In this document: piece after piece, positions 56,418-64,000 of the stretch
How positions within the stretch are numbered: position 1 is the stretch's first letter
Layout: each line of letters begins with the position of its first letter
Assembly (NCBI GenBank): GCA_964019335.1
Contig: OZ025663.1
Coordinates: 496,001-560,000 of the forward strand
Source: Diplonema japonicum
Lineage: Eukaryota; Protista; Euglenozoa: Diplonemea
DNA length: 64,000 nt
Reading direction: 5' to 3'
Program-made: the position numbers and the translations under genes
Notes under the pieces: model-generated
What the model was told of the DNA's origin: nothing
Seen by the model: only the letters and a program-made list of their open reading frames with translations
The model's database searches: none

Positions 56418-59400
56418 ATGAAACTGAAGGTGATAAACGCCTCTGACAAGCAAGAAGTGGAAATTGAAAAATCGCTGTTCAAAACAAAGGAAGAGCTGAG
56501 AGAATTGATACGGAATGAGTTCAAAATAGATAGCGGGGCAGAGGTGAGGGTAGTGGATCTAAAGGGCGAAGACGTTGACGAAGAGTACGACGGTGTGTGT
56601 GTGGCCGTGACAGGTGCGATGGGGACGAACGGGGAAGCGTTATTTGATATGGGCGTGGATATCACACCTGACGTCGATCTGTTGATACAAAGCGGAGATG
56701 ACTACGACATGGTGACAGCGATTGCAGAGCTGCTTGACAACTCCATCCAGAACACCACAGGGCAGCAGGAGCGTGATGTTAACGTGACGTTTGCAAGGCC
56801 GTCGCGTATACTGCCTCCCAACAAGATTGTTGTTTTTGACAACGGGCGGGGGATGACCCTCGACGCCCTCAAGAACTGGGCCGTCTTGGGCAAATCCAAC
56901 AAAGACCGCGAACAGTACTCAAACGTCTCGACTACACCCGCCACCCGCCCCAGCCGCCTACTCCGTAAGGAAGGTACCGGTCTCTCCTCCTGGGCCTTCT
57001 CGTGCGACACTCGTGTCTCCGACTACCTCACCTCTGACTTCTCCCGCTACGGAGTGGGAAGCAAGAAAGCTGTTTTCTCTCTTGGTGACACTGTAACTGT
57101 AACCACGCGTGTCAAAGGCTCGCCTTGGGTCAGTGAATGCTCTCTCTCCCGCGACTCCATCAAACAGAACGGCTGGAAAACGACGCTCAAAGCACGTGCC
57201 CCCACCCAACAGGAAGCTGCGAAGTCTTCGTTCACATGCTTCATCATCACAGACCTCAAGCAGACGTACAAAGAAACTTACACCACTGACTACATGGTCA
57301 GCTGGCTAGCGCACCTCTACCATTACTACATCCACGGCCCCAGGGGGAACACTATGCAGTCTGAAGATGCAGATGATGAACTGAAAACCAGCCGCGGTGC
57401 CAGCTTCACGCCAGTGAATATCACTGTCGACGGAGTCAACGTGAAGGGCTGCACCATTGATTCCGAGACGCTGCAGCTGCACAAAGGGACCGAGAAGGTC
57501 ACATTTGACTTCATACTGGGCAGCGATAGGACAAAGCTGTATGAGAACACACCCACATCGCTCATGAGAGCGGCCCCCAAGCGGACCGACGGGCTGACGC
57601 AGGGCGAAGCAGAGGGACAGCCGTCGCAACCTAACCTAACGGCGGAGCCATTGGCGCCTATAATTAAGGTCGTGCTGCAGTACTTTCCCTTCAAAGACGG
57701 TGTGGAGACGATGCCCATCCCCGCAGGCTTTTGCAGCGAGGTGGACGACGAGAAGCTCCCACTGTGCGACAGGAAGCCTGGAATGGAAGTGTTCTGGAAC
57801 GGCCGTCTGCTTCCTCGAGAGTTCATCGAAGTGTGGCCCTTGCTGCGCAACACGCTGAAGAAAGACGATGACATCCCTGCCGCGTGCTTCCGACGTGTGA
57901 AAGGCATGATCTTCCTCGATTCGTCTTTCGAAGTGACTGCGAACAAGCACTGTCTTTGCAGGGAGACGCCCCTTGCAAAGGCGATGCTGCAGTACAACAA
58001 TCGCACGACCAACCAGTCGATCAGGAAGTGGATCCGGTATTGCCACAAGCAGCATGACGAGGAGCTCATTTTCGGCGATATTGACAAAGCGAAGATGAGG
58101 GGCGACGGTACTTTGTACTACAAGTCTGTGAAGGTCACGAACCTGTACATTGAGCACGGCACATATGTACTGTCGAAGCAGCCGACTGGGCGGGGCAAGG
58201 TCATTGGAAAGGTGGTGTCTATCTTCACGAACCACAAGCTGTACGAGACGGCGCACGGTTGCCAGCTGACTCTGCGTGTCTCGTATTCATCTGCAAGCAG
58301 CTCGGGCGACCTGACGGTCCCTGTAGGACTCTTGCAGAAAGTGCTGACCAATGAAGAGGCAGAGGCAGAGATTAAAAAGGCGAAGAGGAGCTATCCAGTG
58401 AAGCTTGTCGTAGAGGGGCTGACGAAGACGATGCCTGCGACGGACGAACCCGAAGGGAACATGAAGGTCACCATGTGCACGGAGGAGAACAAGGTTCTGA
58501 ACAAACCAGGCACGCTGGAAGTGACTGTGGCTGCACTGCCGAACACAGGGGGGAAGGTGATGGAGCCAGTCTTTGTGCAACACGTGTTTAAACCGTTGGG
58601 AAAGAAGAACTACTTCTCGTGCAGCCTGGAGGACTTGAAGGAGTACGCACCTGACTTGTTCACCTTTGCAGGGAAGTACACGTTCCAGTTCAAGTCGTCC
58701 GTCGCGACCATTGCACCGCTGGAGGTCGTCATGAACGTTGTAGCAGACGCGAAGAAGATACAGAGCATCAGCAGCTCATCTGTGATCGCAGCCACTGTGG
58801 ACAAGGAGCTCTCTGTCATCGATCTACACGTGAAGGACCGTTTCGGGAACCCCCTTCCCTACGATCTGTTTGAGAAGAAGAAGCCAAGGATGCAAGTCAC
58901 CACCACGGTAAAGACCCTTACCGTGAACACTGATAACATAACACTGAAGTCCATTTCAGGTGGAATCCGTGTGTCAGGTTTGAAGCTGACCGGCCTTCTT
59001 GGAGCGGAATCATGCTCCCCTACCTCCCTTTTATTCAATTTCAGCAGCAAAGAGTGCGCAGTTGACATTGCGGGAATTTCTCCGGGCAAGGCCTCTGATG
59101 TGAAAGTTTTGATATGTCCCAAGCAAGTTGGATGGAAAGAAGCTTTCAAGGTCGTGTTGTGTCTGCAGGACTCTTATGGCAACCCCACAACTGGTGCTAG
59201 TCAGGACATTGTTTGCGAGCTCAAGCTGGGCGGGAACGCAAAGCTGTCGAAGGTGCAGTCAGCAGATCTGTCTTCGGAGAACACGTTCGTCTTCGATGAC
59301 GTGGCCGTAACACGGCCTCCTAAGCAACCCATGCCCACTGAAGATTTAGAAATTACACTGCAAGCGAACATCTTCTACATCGTAAAGGGCAAACACAAGG

Positions 59401-62400
59401 CCACGTCCCTCTCTACCCCTATGCAGCTCCTCATCAAGCCGCCTAGGTCGTTCCCTCATATCCTGCTTGAAGGACCCGGTATTGTGCACACGAGCCCGTT
59501 GGATACCACAGTGCAGGCTGAGGTTGGCACTGATACCAGTGCTGTCGCCGTGTTCCACAACCCTCCTACTTGGGTAAAGAGTGCCATTGTGAAATGCAGC
59601 TGGGCTGAAGGTGCAGTGCACCGGTTTAAAGTGACGAAGGAGCAAATGTCTCTAGAGCTGCCTGTGATAACCGCCCCCACAAAGGAAAGCAGAGTGTGCC
59701 ATGAGATCATCATCCACAAAAAGGACGACGAGACGGAGAAGATAGAACACAAGCTGAGCATCACATACTCGCAGGGCGCACCTACCAGCATTAAAATAGT
59801 TCAGATCCCGGACAAGGTGCAGCCAGATCAAAACTTCTCCATCCAGTGCAAGGCTGTCGATCGTTTTGAGAATGAGTTGCCTTGCAAGCATCCGGATCTC
59901 AAGAACTGCACGCTGAAACTGGTTATTGTCGATGGGAAGTGCGATCTGCTTGCAGAAGGCGACACCAAGGCCAGAGAGAACACATGGAGCCTTGCTAAGT
60001 TAAAGGTGACCGGAAAGAGCGGCGTTACAAAGTTCAAGATAGTCGCGGAAAGTGCGTCAATCGAGTCTCCGGAGTTCACGTTGGACGTGGTGCCTGGGGA
60101 GCCGTGTGCAATCACTATCGACGGAAAGCAGCGCACGAAGGAAGACCCCTTATGCTTCAACGTGGAGAACATGGGCCTGCTGAAACCTGTTAGGGTGGGT
60201 CTCGTCGACAAGTGGGACAACGAATGTGTCTTGGGAAAACGTAAGATAGTGATGGAGTGCCCCGGTGATGTGAAGCTGCTCCGCACCACCAAACAAGCTG
60301 TCATGTGGGATGGGCGGCTGGGTGTCTTCACTCCCTCGTTCCTAGCAATCTGTAAACCCGGGCAAGGCACCACCTCATCGAATGCCATTCTGAACCTAGA
60401 TGATCTCCCCGACGATATCATCAAAGGCTTCATTAATGTGAACTGCACGCTTGGGCAGCTCCCGTGGGACGTGCGTCTGACGCTGAAGGACAGCACACAT
60501 CTTTGCGACGTTAAGGACAAGGAGTGCCAGCCTGTGAAGGCAGGCACACCCCTTGGTGAGGCTGCGTGCATCGAAGTTCTTTGTGAAAACGGCACACCAT
60601 GCAACAGCATCCCCACAGACAGAGTCGCCCTACACGTCATCTCACAAGCGCTGCATTCACCTGCGACCTTCCCGGGCCCCCCTGAACCTTCTCAAGCCCG
60701 TTCGGGTGGGCAGGCTCCACCAGTAAAGGTCACCTTCAGCGAGCTTGAAAAATTCACTCCAACTGGCTCAGGGGTGTACACTGTCTTTGCCGAGCTTGAC
60801 CTTATGTACCACAAGTACAAGGACCATTTGGAGAAGATCAAGTGCTTGAGGCGCAGGGTGGAAGTGTTCCACTTCACCGTAATACATACAAAACCTACGA
60901 TGATGAAGTGCAAGGTGTTCAAAGAAATACAGGTGAAGAAGAAGAAGAGGAGTGTGAGCAACAGCAGGGGTTCGCCCTGGGCAGACTCGCACCACCTTGG
61001 GGGTGTGGCATCGAATAAGGCTGTGTTCGAGTCCCTTGAAGTAAGGCTGCTGGATGAACATGACAACTTGTGCACCTCGTGCGATGGACCTGTCACACTT
61101 ACCATCCAGCAGTACGCAGACGGACGTGGCGCGACTCCTGCTAAGTTGGCACCCGTTATCGAGGACCCACCTTCTGTTGTGTTTGCCAACGGGGAGGCAA
61201 ACATTCCTGAGCTGAAGCTGGGACCAAACAAACGCGGCGCACCCGAAGGCTCGTACTGTTTGCACATAGCGCACAAAGGAGTGCAGCCCATCATGCTGCC
61301 CTTCCAGTTCACCGATGACGCCATTAAGGAGAAACAGCTCGCGGAACTAGGTGAGAAGATCAGGGAGTGGGTTGCCTACCAGCATTACCTGGAAAAGAAG
61401 CTGAAGAAGTTCAGCATGTTCAGAGCAGAGCGCGACGAGATAGAAGGTATGCCGACACAACGCAGCAACACGCACAGCGAAATGGGACTCGCGCATGAAG
61501 GAGGTCCAGGACGAGATGCTACGCACCAAGAAGTTGAAGTCCCCAAACTGGGCGACGTTCGACCCACAAGAACTGGCGAAACAGACCCGAAGCGCGCTCG
61601 GCAAGATGGAGGCAGAAGCAGCGTCAGAAGAGAAGTCGGGTTCAAAGAGGCGAAAGAAATACTTCTTTCAAGATAAGCACAAGGGATTACAGATGATTGC
61701 AGATGCAAAGAACGCGGCAGGGAGTGGTGTGGTGGGGGTGGTGGCGGAGATCGGGTGGTGCAGGGACGAGAGAATCGATGCGACAATCTCGAAGACACTG
61801 GGAAGGTACATGCAGACAGTGGTTCTAGAAAATAGCAAAGCGGTAGTGAAGTGGAAGAAGCAGCTTGCCAACCTCCCATCGAACCAACAGCTCGCACTGC
61901 TTTCGTTGGACAACTTCTCAAAGGTAAGCCTCGACGAGGACGGGAAAGTGGCGTCACTCCCGACACCGAACCCGAAGCCCAAAGGGTGGGTGGGGTATGC
62001 AGTGAACCTCGTGGAGCTGGAGGATAAGAACATCTTTTTGCGACCGGTGTTTTACAACCTGCTGGGGAACAAGGCTGTGTTTGACTCAATCGAGAATGCC
62101 CGATCGTGGCGCCAGTCGCTCTTAAGCAGGGGGAGCAAGGTCCCGCACATCACCTGTCTCGATGGAGAAAAGATGGAACAAAACGGAATTGAATGGGCAG
62201 GACAACAACATGCGGATGCTGGGTTCAGATTCGGTGCGATGCCCGCATGTACGACTGACAAGTACAAGAGCGTCCAAAGGCTGCACAACTTGCTAGAGAC
62301 GTATGCTGAGCTGCAGGTGGAGAGGAAGGAGGAAAAGGCAAAGAGAGCGTCTGTTGATCCCAAAGGGGAAGAACCACAACTGCGAGCCAAGCTTGCAGAG

Positions 62401-62688
62401 GTTTGCACCATGATTAAAGGCATGAACAAGCTAATGGACACACCGATAGAAAAGGTCACTACATCTGGAATCGAAACGTTCATGAATGAAGCGATTCCCC
62501 AAACCTCGCAAGCACCGCAAGTCTCCGGTAAGAAGCGTCGTGCACCTTCTCCTTCCTTTGCGGACTCTGAGTCCGAACCTTCGGACACAATTCAGGACGC
62601 TGACGATCCTGTCCTCATACAACCCAGAGACCCCCTCCCGTCTCAAACTGTCCCAGTCAGCAGGCACAAGAAGAAGAAGCGAAATTGA
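56418..62688 (+). CDS. SMCHD1: SMCHD1/GMI1-like protein (GHKL ATPase, long beta-rich region, SMC hinge), ~2079 aa; intron 61447-61477
   Basis: AIAELLDNS, DNGRGM, YGVGSKKAVF, FWNGRLLP; hinge GVVGVVAEIG...GYAVNLV...VFYNLLG...CLDG. A 31-nt GTATG..CAG intron joins the two ORFs in frame. Confidence 0.88.
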
Positions 62689-62960
62689 GTACTCCCTCTT
62701 GCATTTTTTGTTCTCCCATCCCTCGTCTAATGGGTATTGGGAAAACAGAAAAAAAAAAAAAAAAAAAAAGAATCAGAAGGAAAGAAAAAAAGAGGGTGAC
62801 ACTAGTGAATAGGCTCAGCTATCGAGATCACGGTGAATATATCTCATTATATTCCCCCCCTCCCCCTTTTTTTTTGTAGAATGTTTATCTCATCTTATGC
62901 ATTTCCGCATCTTGAATCTCATATTCACTCTTCAAATTCATTGCAGACGAGGGCGCAAAA

Positions 62961-63968
62961 ATGCTTGAAGTTGTGTCCTCCTACGATGACAAGGAACGCA
63001 TACGCAGCCTCTATGACGAACATGGCGTGGTGGTGATAGAGGGTGTGCTTGGCAAAGATGAACTAGAGGGATGCAAGAAGGAAGTATGCGGAATATTAGG
63101 TATCGACATGGAAGATAAGGAAAGTTGGCCCTGGAAGGCCGGAGAAGACCGATCAGAAGATAAAGGCTTCGTCGCCAGCGAGGCGCCGTTTCGGGACGAG
63201 TGGTGCTGGAGATTGAGGGAGCACCCCAGAATCGTTGCCATCTTCAGGGACCTCTTACAAACAAATGAAATTTACAGTGAAATGGACAGGTGGGGCGTGC
63301 TACCGCCGACTAAATCCCACCCAGAATGGAAAACCTGTCAGAGCTGGCTTCATTGGGACCAACACCCATTCCACCACACAAATGACAACTGGCTTCAAGG
63401 CCTCGTCACACTGACCGATCACACGGATGAGTCAGGCGGCTTCATGTGCGTGCCTGGGTTTCAGCATTTTAAATTGTTTAAAGAGGCTTTCCCAGAAGGG
63501 GCTGCGTCAAAAGCCGTGCCTTACATGCTGCCCAAAGAACACCCTGCACAGTCCTGCGTTCAAAAGGTTCGCGCCCCTGCGGGATCCCTGCTTGTTTGGA
63601 ATTCGAAAATCGCGCATCAAAACTATCCGAACAGCAGCAACGCCTTCCGAATGGTGCACTACATCACTTTCAAGCCCCTCGCTTCCCACCCCGACCCTGA
63701 GAAGCGCAAGCTCGCCGTTACCAGGGCACATATGGCAGGCTACCGTGGTGACTACTACCCAACACAGGTAACTCCTTTAGGGCATGAAACTCTCCTGCTC
63801 ACACCTCCCTTCCCTTGTCTCTCTGATGCAGCGATCGCCTCTTTCGACATTATTTCCCAAGCGGGCGTCAAAGAGGCCGAGGCTGACTACGAAGCTGCAG
63901 CTAAGCTCTACAGACGTGCTTTCAAACTGAACCCCGAGCTGGAAGCTGTCTTAAACGATAATTTGTGA
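62961..63968 (+). CDS. Phytanoyl-CoA dioxygenase (PhyH)-family 2OG-Fe(II) oxygenase
   Basis: GVVVIEGVL, WLHWDQ (HxD), QGLVTLTD, GGF, GSLLVWNSKIAH. Confidence 0.85.
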   Translation: MLEVVSSYDDKERIRSLYDEHGVVVIEGVLGKDELEGCKKEVCGILGIDMEDKESWPWKAGEDRSEDKGFVASEAPFRDEWCWRLREHPRIVAIFRDLLQTNEIYSEMDRWGVLPPTKSHPEWKTCQSWLHWDQHPFHHTNDNWLQGLVTLTDHTDESGGFMCVPGFQHFKLFKEAFPEGAASKAVPYMLPKEHPAQSCVQKVRAPAGSLLVWNSKIAHQNYPNSSNAFRMVHYITFKPLASHPDPEKRKLAVTRAHMAGYRGDYYPTQVTPLGHETLLLTPPFPCLSDAAIASFDIISQAGVKEAEADYEAAAKLYRRAFKLNPELEAVLNDNL

Positions 63969-64000
63969 GTTGGTGATCAGGGGGGTTTACACGGGTTTCA

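Overview
Eukaryotic protist genomic DNA, probably euglenozoan/diplonemid-like (inference from co-oriented genes, kinetoplastid-type CCCH protein and Thr/Pro-repeat surface protein). About 20 protein-coding genes all lie on the + strand, separated by homopolymer-rich spacers. Several carry very short (31-73 nt) GT-AG introns that the ORF track misses. Host genes: dynein heavy chain C-terminus, P-loop-less kinesin-like protein, CCCH zinc-finger protein, LYR protein, STE/MAP2K-like kinase, cathepsin L-like protease, MIB/HERC2 protein, strictosidine synthase-like protein, type II PI4-kinase, TUTase/ncPAP with an MLLE domain, PHPT1, PH and WD40 proteins, a full-length SMCHD1-like protein and a PhyH-type dioxygenase. 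There are four tRNA genes. Mobile DNA: (i) an apparently intact non-LTR retrotransposon whose OTU-protease ORF1 is in frame with an APE-RT ORF2 across one TGA followed by a strong stem-loop (candidate programmed readthrough); (ii) four members of a hairpin-ended, inverted-repeat DNA element family, one carrying a decayed Crypton-like tyrosine recombinase; (iii) a decayed piggyBac; (iv) small MITE- and Helitron-like pieces. All domain calls are by eye from motifs; no database searches were run.
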